Below are positions 10,858 to 20,929 of a DNA stretch of 64,000 bases, one piece after another. The notes beneath the pieces were generated by a model. That model saw only the letters and a program-made list of their open reading frames with translations, had not been told where the DNA came from and made no database searches. Within the stretch, counting starts at the first letter, position 1. Each line of letters starts with the position of its first letter. Source of the DNA: a virus; the IMG/VR virus record IMGVR_UViG_3300032242_002477, positions 1 through 64,000 of that record. One strand, 5' to 3'. A program made the translations under genes and the position numbers.

Positions 10858-11546
10858 TGTTTAAGTCAATAGACGTACCGCTTCGTCGCCGTACTTGGAT
10901 GCAGATTGCGGCGATTCCTAAAAATCGTATTGGTTGGGAGTTTGAGGATTGCAGCGACACTTCAGAAGAAGATATCCGTTTAATTAAGGCTTGGATTCGT
11001 AAAGTAGAAAGTGGACATGTAATTCGCGCTGAAGGAGAAAAAGGTTGTGGTCGCGGGTTGCTACTATACGGAGAGCCAGGGCACGGTAAAACCACCCTTT
11101 CATTGGTAATCTTGCAGGATTTGTTACTTCGTGTAACTCCCTCGGTGTTTGTTCCTGCAGAAAATAAGACTTTAGTTCGCCCGTGTTATTTCATCACCTA
11201 TAATGCTTTGTTAGATTTAAAAGGTTCAACAATGGATGACCCAACCTCTGAAGAATTAACTTTGTTTGATGGAATTATGGGGAATTGCATTGACGACGCG
11301 TACAACATTCGTGTTTTAGTTATTGACGATGTAGGCAAAGAGCATAATTCTGGTTCTGGATGGCAAAAAACAATGTTGCATCATGTATTACGCACGCGGT
11401 TTAATAATGGTCTTCCTACTATCGTTACATCAAATCTTCCACCAGAAGCTTGGGATGCAACATATGGTTCTGCAACAGAATCGTTTGCCCGAGAAGCTTT
11501 TGTACCTATTGCATTAAAATCTCCTCAAGGAGATTTGCGAAAGTGA
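10857..11546 (+). CDS. DnaC/IstB-like AAA+ helicase loader
   Basis: Walker A GEPGHGKT; Walker B LVIDDVGKE; 'R.NNGLPTIVTSN'. Confidence 0.85.
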   Translation: MFKSIDVPLRRRTWMQIAAIPKNRIGWEFEDCSDTSEEDIRLIKAWIRKVESGHVIRAEGEKGCGRGLLLYGEPGHGKTTLSLVILQDLLLRVTPSVFVPAENKTLVRPCYFITYNALLDLKGSTMDDPTSEELTLFDGIMGNCIDDAYNIRVLVIDDVGKEHNSGSGWQKTMLHHVLRTRFNNGLPTIVTSNLPPEAWDATYGSATESFAREAFVPIALKSPQGDLRK

Positions 11547-11557
11547 TGGAGGGTGCA

Positions 11558-11851
11558 ATGGACCAAGATGTAAAGCTAATCCAAATATTTTTGGGGGCTT
11601 CGTCTACACCAGCAGTTTTTGAGGTTAGCACTACTCAAGATGGGGATTTAATATGTAATTGCCCTGGGTATAGAGGGCGACGACGTTGTAAGCACGTTCA
11701 ATTTGTACAGGCTAGAATAGATGGAAATAATGGTTCATATCCATTAGAAATTTCAAAACGAGCTACGCAAGAAGAAGCTGATAAAGCCCAAACATCTACA
11801 GAACTTTTTAGAGAGTTCATTATTAAATTTGGAAAAATAGAGGTTTTTTAA
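11558..11851 (+). CDS. SWIM zinc-finger protein
   Basis: CNCPG...CKH. Confidence 0.7.
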   Translation: MDQDVKLIQIFLGASSTPAVFEVSTTQDGDLICNCPGYRGRRRCKHVQFVQARIDGNNGSYPLEISKRATQEEADKAQTSTELFREFIIKFGKIEVF

Positions 11852-11852
11852 A

Positions 11853-12257
11853 ATGTACAAAGGGGACTTAAGTAATGAGCTTACTAAACGTGTTTTAGTT
11901 ACTACAGACATTGTGATAACTAAATACAAAACATTTACTAAAAAATTTAAAGTAATTCCTAAGATAAACAATTATTACACGTTAAACAAAAAAGCTTTAA
12001 GTGGTTATTATTTGTTTGGCGATAGGACTCAGTTTACTTTAGAGTTAATTATGTTTGGTGATTCCCAAGAAGATTTAGACGAAATTGTTGAGTACTTAGA
12101 AAACTCTGGTACTAATCCTTTTCGTTACGCCAACTTGTACGCTTCGCCCGCAGCTCTTGTAGAAGACTTGCCTTATAGACCTGAAGTTGTGGGAGTTATA
12201 GATATACCTGAAAGACAATTACGATACGGACATTGGGGAATGGATTCAATACGATGA
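11853..12257 (+). CDS. Hypothetical protein
   Basis: ORF tightly coupled within the operon. Confidence 0.6.
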   Translation: MYKGDLSNELTKRVLVTTDIVITKYKTFTKKFKVIPKINNYYTLNKKALSGYYLFGDRTQFTLELIMFGDSQEDLDEIVEYLENSGTNPFRYANLYASPAALVEDLPYRPEVVGVIDIPERQLRYGHWGMDSIR

Positions 12258-13489
12258 ATAATGAAAAAAAATTATTAAGTAAAGCTATTTTAGGTCGTGA
12301 CATTGTTCCACTATTAATGCGTAATGTAAACTTAAATTGGTTTGGCGACGACGACGACAAGCGTGTTTGGACTTTTGTACGCGACCACTATTCAAAATAT
12401 GGTGAATGCCCTACTCAAGATGTTATACACAATAACTACCCTACGTATGTTATTTTAGACAACGTATACGATAGTCTTGATTACTTAATTGACTCTGTGG
12501 TTGAGCAACGTAGAAAGATTTCTACGGTAAACATGATTCGCGAGGCAGTTAACTCGATTGATAAAGACCAAAATCATGAAGATGCTTTATTAAAGCTTCA
12601 ACGCGGATTAATTCGTTTAGAAGATGATGGCTTAAGTGGTAGCACTGATATTGATTTAACCAAAGACCCCCTGCGTAGATGGGATGATTATTTAGAGCGT
12701 AAAGATTTACCTAATGGTTTGCGAGGAATTCCTACGGGATTTCCCACAATTGACCAAGCAACCAGCGGTTTGCAAAACGGGCAGCTTGTGGTAATTATTG
12801 CTCCGCCTAAAACAGGTAAGTCAACACTTGCTTTGCAAGTAGCTCTAAATTTACACCGCGAGCATGGAAAAGTTCCTATGTTTCAGTCTTTTGAGATGAG
12901 CAACATAGAGCAAGAAAACCGCTATGATGCTATGCGTTCACTTATTTCTCATCACCGTTTACTTACAGGTACTTTAACTCAAGATGAAGAAGCTAGATAT
13001 AAGAAGATTCTTGAGGGCTTAGAAAAAATAGACCATAAATTTTGGTTAGTTGATTCCGCAGCTGGCTCAACCGTTTCAGGTATCGCAAGCAAAATTCAAA
13101 CATTACAGCCTGATATTGTATTTATTGATGGTGTCTACCTCATGATAGACGAGCAGTCTGGTGAGGCTAATACCCCACAGGCATTGACAAATATTACTCG
13201 CTCCTTAAAACGTTTAGCTCAGCGTTTTAACAAGCCAATAGTCATCACTACCCAGGTCTTGACTTGGAAAATGAAAAAAGGTAATGTTACCGCCGACTCA
13301 ATTGGTTATTCATCTTCATTTTTTCAAGACGCGGATATCATCTTAGGCTTACAACGTGAAGATGAGAATGTTGATGACACTCGTTTACTTAAGGTTGTTG
13401 CCAGCCGTAACTCTGGCCCAGCTGAGGTAACCTTAGAATGGCAATGGAACGAAGGTCGTTTCCGAGAAATGGATGCAGGTGATTTATGA
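12254..13489 (+). CDS. dnaB: DnaB-like replicative helicase
   Basis: 'GIPTGF..ID..TSG', APPKTGKS, 'FEMS', 'QDAD'. Confidence 0.9.
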   Translation: MNNEKKLLSKAILGRDIVPLLMRNVNLNWFGDDDDKRVWTFVRDHYSKYGECPTQDVIHNNYPTYVILDNVYDSLDYLIDSVVEQRRKISTVNMIREAVNSIDKDQNHEDALLKLQRGLIRLEDDGLSGSTDIDLTKDPLRRWDDYLERKDLPNGLRGIPTGFPTIDQATSGLQNGQLVVIIAPPKTGKSTLALQVALNLHREHGKVPMFQSFEMSNIEQENRYDAMRSLISHHRLLTGTLTQDEEARYKKILEGLEKIDHKFWLVDSAAGSTVSGIASKIQTLQPDIVFIDGVYLMIDEQSGEANTPQALTNITRSLKRLAQRFNKPIVITTQVLTWKMKKGNVTADSIGYSSSFFQDADIILGLQREDENVDDTRLLKVVASRNSGPAEVTLEWQWNEGRFREMDAGDL

Positions 13490-13608
13490 GCATTTCCGAA
13501 CGCATGAAGCGCGTACTAGAGCTTCGTCGTTCGTCTGCCTCCACACCAGTAAAGAATAAAAAGAAATACACACGCAAAAAAAAGTATAAGGGGAAAGATG
13601 ACGATTGA
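13486..13608 (+). CDS. 40-aa basic peptide (ArfA-like tail), absent from ORF track
   Basis: MSISERMKRVLELRRSSASTPVKNKKKYTRKKKYKGKDDD; overlaps both neighbours. Confidence 0.6.
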   Translation: MSISERMKRVLELRRSSASTPVKNKKKYTRKKKYKGKDDD

Positions 13609-14527
13609 AGATATGCAGGAGCTACTTGACCGACTAGGTGTTGAGTACTACAACACTAGAGGTTCAGAGATTCAAGGGGCTTGCCCTGCTCACTTTCAAC
13701 GCACTGGGCATGAAGACCACAATCCTTCTTGGTGGATTAACTCCGAGACTGGTGCTCATATCTGTTTTTCTTGCCATTTCAAGGGAGGATTGCAGTCTCT
13801 TGTTTCTTACGTAAATGGTATAGACTTTGAACAGGCTAAAGATTGGTTGTCTCAAGGAGAGACCAACCTAACTAAGGCATTAGAACGCCTTGAAAAAAAG
13901 AAAGAACCAGTATTTAAAGATGTTCCAGAGTTAACTGAGGCAAATCTTGCGGCTTTTATTTCCCCTCCGCAAGATATGTTGAAGGAGCGCGGCCTTACTG
14001 CCGAGGCCGCCTCTTTCTACGGTATTCAATGGGATAAACAAAAAAATTGTTGGATTTTACCGATTCGTGACCCGTTTACTGGAAAGTTATGGGGTTGGCA
14101 AGAAAAAGGTTCTAACCGTTATTTTAAAAATTACCCTACAGGCGTTCAAAAAAGTCAAGCATTATTTGGTTATGGAAATTATTTAACGGGAACGATGATT
14201 GTGGTCGAGTCCCCATTAGATGTGGCCAGACTCTTGTCTGTAGGGATTACAGGGGGAGTTTCTACATACGGGTCTGCTATATCTGTTACCCAACTTAATT
14301 TAATACGTGGAGCTGAAAATATTATATTTGCAATGGACAACGATGATTCTGGCCGTTCTTCTTCTGAGAATTTACTTCAATGGTCAATTAAGCTAGGGTT
14401 TGAGGCACGATTCTTTAATTATAAAGATATAGACGTTAAAGACATAGGTGGAATGAGTAAGGCAGAGATTTTGATGGGATTAGAGTCGGCAAAACATTCG
14501 ATATTAGGAGAGAAGGCGCTTTGGTGA
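13598..14527 (+). CDS. dnaG: DNA primase (zinc-binding + TOPRIM)
   Basis: CPAH...CFSC; 'VVESPLD'; 'MDND'. Confidence 0.88.
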   Translation: MTIEDMQELLDRLGVEYYNTRGSEIQGACPAHFQRTGHEDHNPSWWINSETGAHICFSCHFKGGLQSLVSYVNGIDFEQAKDWLSQGETNLTKALERLEKKKEPVFKDVPELTEANLAAFISPPQDMLKERGLTAEAASFYGIQWDKQKNCWILPIRDPFTGKLWGWQEKGSNRYFKNYPTGVQKSQALFGYGNYLTGTMIVVESPLDVARLLSVGITGGVSTYGSAISVTQLNLIRGAENIIFAMDNDDSGRSSSENLLQWSIKLGFEARFFNYKDIDVKDIGGMSKAEILMGLESAKHSILGEKALW

Positions 14528-15051
14528 TTATTGGACTATCAGGATACGCACAGGCTGGAAAAGACACAGTTGCAAAGTATTTAATTGAGGAGCACGGATT
14601 TGAGCGCATAGCATTTGCTGACACTATTCGCGACATTCTTTGGGAGATGAATCCCTTATTAGGAGATGATTTACATTTACAAACCGTAATTGATGACTAT
14701 GGTTGGGATGTAGCAAAAACTAAGTTTCCAGAAGTTCGTCGTTTACTTCAAGAAATAGGTGTTAGCGCAAGAAAGTATTTAGATGAAAACATTTGGATTG
14801 CTGCTGCTTTGAGAAAGATAGACAGCGAAGGTAACTATGTTATTACTGACGTTCGTTTTGCAAACGAAGCCGTTATGGTGCGTCAACTTGGAGGACGAGT
14901 ATGGCGCGTAGAACGCCCTGGGGTATACGCCGTAAACAATCACGTATCAGAAAATGATTTAGTTGGTTGGAAGTTTGATGCTTACCTACTTAACTTTGGA
15001 ACTATAGAAGAATTAAACGAGTCTGTTAAGGCTTGCTTAGAGCTCGTATGA
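14521..15051 (+). CDS. Deoxynucleoside monophosphate kinase
   Basis: 'IGLSGYAQAGKDT', 'RRLLQEIG', 'DVRFANE', 'HVSE'. Confidence 0.88.
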   Translation: MVIIGLSGYAQAGKDTVAKYLIEEHGFERIAFADTIRDILWEMNPLLGDDLHLQTVIDDYGWDVAKTKFPEVRRLLQEIGVSARKYLDENIWIAAALRKIDSEGNYVITDVRFANEAVMVRQLGGRVWRVERPGVYAVNNHVSENDLVGWKFDAYLLNFGTIEELNESVKACLELV

Positions 15052-16637
15052 CTTTTAAAGGTACCTTACTTCCATATCAACCTGAGGCCGTTGAGCTTAT
15101 GTGCAAACGTAAAAAGGTTTTAGTGGCGTACGATTTAGGGCTTGGTAAGACGGTATTAACAATTGCCGCAATTGAACGCCTTATGGATGAAAAGAAAATA
15201 AAAGAACCTGGTCTTGTTATTTGCCTTTCAAGTATTAAGTATCAGTGGCATAATCAAATTGCAAAATTTACTGAGAGTACTTCTAAGTCCATAGTTATTG
15301 ACGGAACAAAAGCTAAACGTGAAAAACAATATGCCGAAGCACTTGACTGGGAAAACAGTGGCATTGACTACATTATTATGAACTACGAACAAGTGGTCAA
15401 CGATTGGGATATTGTAAAGAAACTTCCTCGTGGCTTTGTGGTGTTAGATGAAGCCACTGCTATTAAGTCTTTTCGTTCTAAACGTTCTAAGCATGTTAAG
15501 CGTTTAATTAATGCTCCGTTTAAATACGCGTTAACAGGCACTCCTATTGAGAACGGAAAACCCGAAGAACTGTTCAGCATAATGCAGTTCGTTGACGATA
15601 CTGTGCTTGGTAGATTTGATATCTTTGATAAGGCTTTTATTATCCGCAACAACTGGGGTGCCGTGGAAAGATATCGCAACCTTCCAGTGCTTCACGAAAA
15701 GCTAAAAGAAGCTTGCGTAAGAAAAGCGCAAAAAGACCCCGATGTGGCGCCGTACCTTCCAGACGCAATTCATAAAGACCCAATTACTATCACTTTAGAC
15801 CGTAAGACCGCCAAGCTGTACGGAGTTATCTTGAACGACCTACTAGCTGACTTGGACGACGCACAAAACCTATTTGGTAAATCTTTTAATATTTTTGCTC
15901 ACTATGGTCTGGAATCGGGATACGGCGGTGAGGCCGAAGAGATTCGGGGAAAAATTATGGCTAAGGTTGGGTGCCTAAAGATGCTGTGTGCCCACCCAGA
16001 CCTACTTAAAACTAGCGCTCATAAATACGACATGATGACTGGTGAAGGGTCCAAATATGCCTATGAATTGGTTCAAGAAGGGTTCTTAGACGGCCTAACT
16101 TCGTCCCCAAAGTTTGACTACCTCATTGAGTATGTAAACGATTTTTTGGACGAAAATGAAAACAATAAAGCAGTAATATTCGTCACATATGTTGACATGC
16201 TGGACAAGATTGCCGATACTTTAGGCAGAGATAAATGCGTAGTTTATTCGGGCAAATTAGATGCTCAGACTAAAGAGGAGAACAAAATTGCTTTCAATAC
16301 TGAGCCTTCTACTCGGGTACTTGTTTCTAGCGATGCTGGTGGTTACGGCGTTGATTTGCCCGCTGGAAATCTACTTATCAATTACGACCTACCGTGGTCG
16401 GCAGGCCTTGCCACACAAAGAAACGGACGTATCAAAAGAGCCTCGTCAACCTGGGAAACCATTGTAATTCAAGACATTTTAGTTGCGGGGTCCATCGAAA
16501 TTCGACAGCATTCGATGCTAAACCAAAAGAATGCGGTAGCAAATGCCGTATTAGATGGGGAAGGCATAAATGAAGAGGGCGGCGTTACTATGTCTGTGGG
16601 CAGTTTGAGCGGATTCTTGCGCTTAATGTCCGTATGA
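15048..16637 (+). CDS. SNF2-family helicase
   Basis: 'DLGLGKT', 'VLDEA', 'LTGTPIEN', 'QRNGRIKR'. Confidence 0.88.
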   Translation: MTFKGTLLPYQPEAVELMCKRKKVLVAYDLGLGKTVLTIAAIERLMDEKKIKEPGLVICLSSIKYQWHNQIAKFTESTSKSIVIDGTKAKREKQYAEALDWENSGIDYIIMNYEQVVNDWDIVKKLPRGFVVLDEATAIKSFRSKRSKHVKRLINAPFKYALTGTPIENGKPEELFSIMQFVDDTVLGRFDIFDKAFIIRNNWGAVERYRNLPVLHEKLKEACVRKAQKDPDVAPYLPDAIHKDPITITLDRKTAKLYGVILNDLLADLDDAQNLFGKSFNIFAHYGLESGYGGEAEEIRGKIMAKVGCLKMLCAHPDLLKTSAHKYDMMTGEGSKYAYELVQEGFLDGLTSSPKFDYLIEYVNDFLDENENNKAVIFVTYVDMLDKIADTLGRDKCVVYSGKLDAQTKEENKIAFNTEPSTRVLVSSDAGGYGVDLPAGNLLINYDLPWSAGLATQRNGRIKRASSTWETIVIQDILVAGSIEIRQHSMLNQKNAVANAVLDGEGINEEGGVTMSVGSLSGFLRLMSV

Positions 16638-16644
16638 TTTAACC

Positions 16645-16797
16645 ATGCCTAACGCACCTAAGACACCTACGCGCACTATCCGCGTCTCGGACGAGCTCTG
16701 GACAGCCGTACAAAAGAAGGCTGCCTCTGAGAAGGTCACCGTTACCAGCGTCATTATTGAGGCGCTAGAGGCTTATTTAGACCAAGTTGACAACTAG
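16645..16797 (+). CDS. Ribbon-helix-helix DNA-binding protein (50 aa, probably leaderless), absent from ORF track
   Basis: MPNAPKTPTRTIRVSDELWTAVQKKA...; TATGAT -10 at 16633-16638 ends 7 nt before the ATG. Confidence 0.75.
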   Translation: MPNAPKTPTRTIRVSDELWTAVQKKAASEKVTVTSVIIEALEAYLDQVDN

Positions 16798-16816
16798 TAT
16801 TTACCTCCACTAATGT
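16787..16816 (+). promoter_or_regulatory. SigA-type promoter
   Basis: TTGACA-18 bp-TAATGT upstream of SD GAAAGGGG. Confidence 0.65.
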
Positions 16817-16837
16817 CTCCCCTTGAAAGGGGTAATC

Positions 16838-17242
16838 ATGACATTAGATACCAACAACTTAAAGCGCGAAGTGCAGCAATACGCTGCCCTTAAAGAGCAA
16901 ATTTCTCAGTTAACAAAGCGCCAATCTGAAATAAAAACTCGCCTTATTGATACTCTTAAAGAGTACGGCGAAGAAGATTCCAAAGGACATATCGTTCTTG
17001 ATGTGAACGATGAGGTTTCTGGCATTCAAAAACTTACTCATCAACGCAAAGTATCAAAGCAATTTGATGAGGATGTTGCTGAAGATATACTTACAGATAA
17101 AGGGATTTATAAGCAGTGTATTCAAGTTGTTGAAGTGCTTGATGAAGCTGCTATTATGGCTGCGTATTACCAGGGCACTTTAACTGAAGCCGATATTGAT
17201 AATATGTTCCCATCTAAAGTTACTTACGCATTTATCGCATGA
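16838..17242 (+). CDS. Hypothetical coiled-coil protein
   Basis: ORF with SD and promoter. Confidence 0.6.
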   Translation: MTLDTNNLKREVQQYAALKEQISQLTKRQSEIKTRLIDTLKEYGEEDSKGHIVLDVNDEVSGIQKLTHQRKVSKQFDEDVAEDILTDKGIYKQCIQVVEVLDEAAIMAAYYQGTLTEADIDNMFPSKVTYAFIA

Positions 17243-17712
17243 CCGAAGATTTTATTGACGCCACGTTTGCTGACCTGTACTATCCAGGCAGTAAACGTAA
17301 ACGTCGTGAACCCGTAACTAAGGTTGTAGAAGATACGACTTGGGATGCAAAGGGTTTTAAGAAGACTTTGCCAAATGGTAAAGAAGTTGATATGTTTACT
17401 ATTGGTGCGTTAGCGGATGCTTTAGGGCGTCCGATTATCACACTAAGAAAATGGATGGAAGAGGGTTACTTACCTACGTCTCCTTACCGATTGCCAGCAA
17501 AAGTTGACAAAAAAGGAAAAGTAGTGCAAGGTAGACGCTTGTATACCCGTCCAATGATTGAAAAAGCTGTCGAGCTCTTTTCTAAAGCTGGCGTATTACA
17601 CGCAAAGCGTATAGAATGGTCCTCGCATCAGAAGCTCTCCAAAGAGATTTCTGATTCTTGGAGTAATATCCAAGCAATGGAAACGGAAACAATAGAAACA
17701 ACGGATAGATAA
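17239..17712 (+). CDS. MerR-like HTH DNA-binding protein
   Basis: 'FTIGALADALGR...TLRKW..EGYLP...RRLYT'. Confidence 0.7.
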   Translation: MTEDFIDATFADLYYPGSKRKRREPVTKVVEDTTWDAKGFKKTLPNGKEVDMFTIGALADALGRPIITLRKWMEEGYLPTSPYRLPAKVDKKGKVVQGRRLYTRPMIEKAVELFSKAGVLHAKRIEWSSHQKLSKEISDSWSNIQAMETETIETTDR

Positions 17713-17721
17713 GGAAAATAA

Positions 17722-18408
17722 ATGGCCGTAAACCGCCAGGCGCCAAGCGTCGAAGAATATCTGATTGAGAACGAAGATTTCTCAATTGATGACCGTCCAG
17801 TGTCTTCTGTAAAGCAGACAACATCACCAACAACTGCAGTAGGAGAAGGTTGGGATGCGGGCGATAGCTTAAGCACTCCAGCAGGAGATTATCCTGTTGA
17901 AATGAAACTTAATGAAGACTTTCAAGTAATTAAGTTTCTTGACCCAGACGGTCCTTTTGCAACATATAAGCAACACTTTTTGTCACAGAAGACCGTAGGA
18001 CGCCGTTCGTACATCTCACTTGGTGCGGATGACCCACTAGCTATTAAACTTAATAGCAAGCCTGAAGATAAGCGTGCGTTTACTGTCGCTAATCTCAGCG
18101 CGGTAGGTGGTGCTCAACGCCAGATGTTGATTGCAACTCCACGTCTATATAAAACATTGCATGCTGCACACTTCTCTCCTCAAGGACCTTTGAATAAGGT
18201 TTATTGGGCGATTAGTCGTACAGGAAAAATGCAACAAACTGTTTATCACCTAACACCAATCAAGGGTCGTGACCTCATGGAGGACTGGGCTATTGACGAG
18301 GCAGAAGCTGAAGCCGCAATTAAAGATATGACGTGCTATACACGCGCTGATATCAAAACCCATTCATGGGAAGAGTTGGATGAAATTGCCAACTCATTGT
18401 TGGGCTAA
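17722..18408 (+). CDS. Putative single-stranded DNA-binding protein
   Basis: 'IKFLD..PFA.YKQHF', 'ISRTG....TVY'; immediately upstream of the polymerase. Confidence 0.6.
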   Translation: MAVNRQAPSVEEYLIENEDFSIDDRPVSSVKQTTSPTTAVGEGWDAGDSLSTPAGDYPVEMKLNEDFQVIKFLDPDGPFATYKQHFLSQKTVGRRSYISLGADDPLAIKLNSKPEDKRAFTVANLSAVGGAQRQMLIATPRLYKTLHAAHFSPQGPLNKVYWAISRTGKMQQTVYHLTPIKGRDLMEDWAIDEAEAEAAIKDMTCYTRADIKTHSWEELDEIANSLLG

Positions 18409-18420
18409 AGCAAACTAGAT

Positions 18421-18489
18421 GTCTAAAGGTTGGGCGCGTGTTTCCCCCTTTCTTCGCGCTCAGCCTTTAGACCTTAAAGGGGATAAACA
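18421..18489 (+). promoter_or_regulatory. 18-bp RNA hairpin whose loop is complementary to the polA SD/start
   Basis: Arms 18421-18438/18455-18472 with two G-U pairs; loop TGTTTCCCCCTTT vs AAAGGGGATAAACA. Confidence 0.6.
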
Positions 18490-20486
18490 TGAACATTATT
18501 ACGACAAAAGAACAATTAAATGAATTCGTTCAGCACTATTCAACTGTAGATGCTTTTGCATATGACGTTGAAACTGTTGGCGATAGACGTGGTGACACGC
18601 CTTTAAATCAAGTTCTGTGGATTACATTTGCAACACACGGAAGAACCGACGTAATCCCCATGGGTCACCCACATGGCGAATTAATGGACACTGTTTATCC
18701 TCTTACTGGCCAAGGCGAAAAACGTGTAGAAAAAGGTTTAACTGCACGTCCTAGCGATTATTCTCGAGACATTAAAAAAGCCACACAATTATTTTCAGAC
18801 GCACCTGCTCAGTTATTCCCAGCAGAAGTATTTACCGCTATAAAGCCTTTAATGTTTAATCCCAACATACTAAAAGTTGGTCACAACCTACTATTTGACT
18901 TGACCTCTGTTGCCAAATACTTAGGTGGCGAGGTTCCTGTTGGTCCTTACTTTGACACCATGATTGGTTCGTTTGTTTTAAGCAATAAAAACAAGCACCA
19001 TGTGGGCCTTGATGATTGCCTTAAACGCGAGTTCGGTTACGAAATGGTAAAAGGTGTGGGTAAAGAGGTTGAAAAGTACGCTTTCTCAGTAGTTGCTAAG
19101 TATGCTTATTTAGACGCTAAGTACACGTTTTTACTTTGGAAAAAAATTGCGCCTTTACTTACGGAGTCTAAGTTAGATAACGTAATGAAATTAGAAATGG
19201 ATGTTCTTGTTGTATTATGCGATATGAAGTTATCTGGAGCTCCGATTGATACAGGTCTATTGTCTGATTTACACGACAAGCTACTTGTCGATATTGAGGC
19301 AGCCAAAGCTGAGATTTACAAAGTAGCTGGGCGTCAATTTAATATTAACTCTAACCAAGAAAAACAGTATTTACTCTACTCAGCTAAGAAAGATGGAGGA
19401 CGCGGGCTTTCCCCTAAAATTTTAACCCCTAAAGGTATTAAAAAAGACCAAGAAGGCAAAGATTTAGAATATTTAGATTATTCCGTATCTGCTGAAGCTT
19501 TAGAACATTACCGTGACTCTGACCCACTTGTAACTGCGATTCTTAATTATTCTGATTTAAATAAATTGTTAACTACATATGTAATTCCATATTTGGGCGG
19601 TTCAGTTACGCATGTTACAGGCGGTAAAGCTAAGACTGAATACAAGGAAAGTCTTTTAATTAATGGCCATATTCATGGAGATTTTGTTCAACATGGTGCA
19701 GAAACTGGTCGTTTTTCTAGTCGTAACCCTAATCTTCAAAATATCCCTAATCCAAAGAAAAGCGATATTGGGCGTGAGATTCGTAACTTATTTTGTGCTC
19801 CTTCAGGTTATAAATTAGTAGTTGCTGATTACTCACAAATTGAACCTAGAGTTTTAGCTTCCATGGCTCAAGACCCGATTCTTATGTCTACGTACACCAC
19901 ACCAGGGGTCAAAGGCGACATTTACACAACTATTGGCGATACTATGAACGTAACTCGTGACGCAGGTAAGGTTTTAGTGTTATCTCTTATGTATGGAGTA
20001 GGTCCAGACAAAATTTCAAAAACTATTGGCTGTACGGTTCAGGAAGCTAAAGACCTACTTAACCGATTTTCTAAACAATTTCCTTCAGTAACTAAATACC
20101 GTATGAAAGTTATCCAAGCAGTTCGTGAAAGCGACTCAAAAAATCCTTATATTCACACCTTATTAGGTCGTAAGCGTTATTTATCCGAAATTAATTCCCG
20201 AGATAATGGTGAAAGAGCCGCTGCAGAACGTCAGGCTTTTAATACAAGAATTCAAGGCTCAGCTGCGGATATCATTAAATTGGCTATGGTTCGCGCACAC
20301 GCTATGCTTCCTACTGAGTCAAAATTGATTTTAACTGTTCACGATGAACTTGTTACTCTTTGTCCAGACCATTTAGTTACAGAAACAGAGAACGCAATTA
20401 AAGAAGCTATGGAAGGAATCAATGTGTTAAAGGTACCGCTGATAGCTGAGATGGCAACCGTACAAAGTTGGGGAGAAGCAAAATGA
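18489..20486 (+). CDS. polA: DNA polymerase family A with 3'-5' exonuclease
   Basis: DVET, HNLLFD, TGRFSS, ADYSQIEPR, YG, QGSAAD, VHDE. Confidence 0.95.
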   Translation: MNIITTKEQLNEFVQHYSTVDAFAYDVETVGDRRGDTPLNQVLWITFATHGRTDVIPMGHPHGELMDTVYPLTGQGEKRVEKGLTARPSDYSRDIKKATQLFSDAPAQLFPAEVFTAIKPLMFNPNILKVGHNLLFDLTSVAKYLGGEVPVGPYFDTMIGSFVLSNKNKHHVGLDDCLKREFGYEMVKGVGKEVEKYAFSVVAKYAYLDAKYTFLLWKKIAPLLTESKLDNVMKLEMDVLVVLCDMKLSGAPIDTGLLSDLHDKLLVDIEAAKAEIYKVAGRQFNINSNQEKQYLLYSAKKDGGRGLSPKILTPKGIKKDQEGKDLEYLDYSVSAEALEHYRDSDPLVTAILNYSDLNKLLTTYVIPYLGGSVTHVTGGKAKTEYKESLLINGHIHGDFVQHGAETGRFSSRNPNLQNIPNPKKSDIGREIRNLFCAPSGYKLVVADYSQIEPRVLASMAQDPILMSTYTTPGVKGDIYTTIGDTMNVTRDAGKVLVLSLMYGVGPDKISKTIGCTVQEAKDLLNRFSKQFPSVTKYRMKVIQAVRESDSKNPYIHTLLGRKRYLSEINSRDNGERAAAERQAFNTRIQGSAADIIKLAMVRAHAMLPTESKLILTVHDELVTLCPDHLVTETENAIKEAMEGINVLKVPLIAEMATVQSWGEAK

Positions 20487-20929
20487 GGTGGAAGTTTTGG
20501 AAACGTAATCAACCCTTTAATTTTAAAGTATCTTCTGAAGAAATTCCCGTTAGTACCATTCTTCGTTGGTATTGTTACGATTTAGACATTGAAGACACAA
20601 ATAATTTAGTTACAGAATTTAATTTAATACCTGTAAGTGAAGAGGGCGAGGAACACGAAAGAAAAGAAAGTGATGAAAGAATGAAAGAAGTTACTCAGTT
20701 TTTTCCCTTTTTTGACTTGATGTCGGAGATTAATTCAAGAGCTATCACAGCTTTACAATTAAAAGAATTGCCCACCGAAATGCAAGAAGTTGGTCCAGAA
20801 GTTTTAGAACTTATGTACAAACATGTTTCATTATCAGCTTTAATATCTTCATTCTCAACTGCAATTGCATTAGGTTTAGTTCACTCAAATCCAACGTTAA
20901 TAAATATGATGGAAGGAAAATATGAGTAA
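20483..20929 (+). CDS. Hypothetical protein
   Basis: Coupled ORF. Confidence 0.55.
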   Translation: MRWKFWKRNQPFNFKVSSEEIPVSTILRWYCYDLDIEDTNNLVTEFNLIPVSEEGEEHERKESDERMKEVTQFFPFFDLMSEINSRAITALQLKELPTEMQEVGPEVLELMYKHVSLSALISSFSTAIALGLVHSNPTLINMMEGKYE

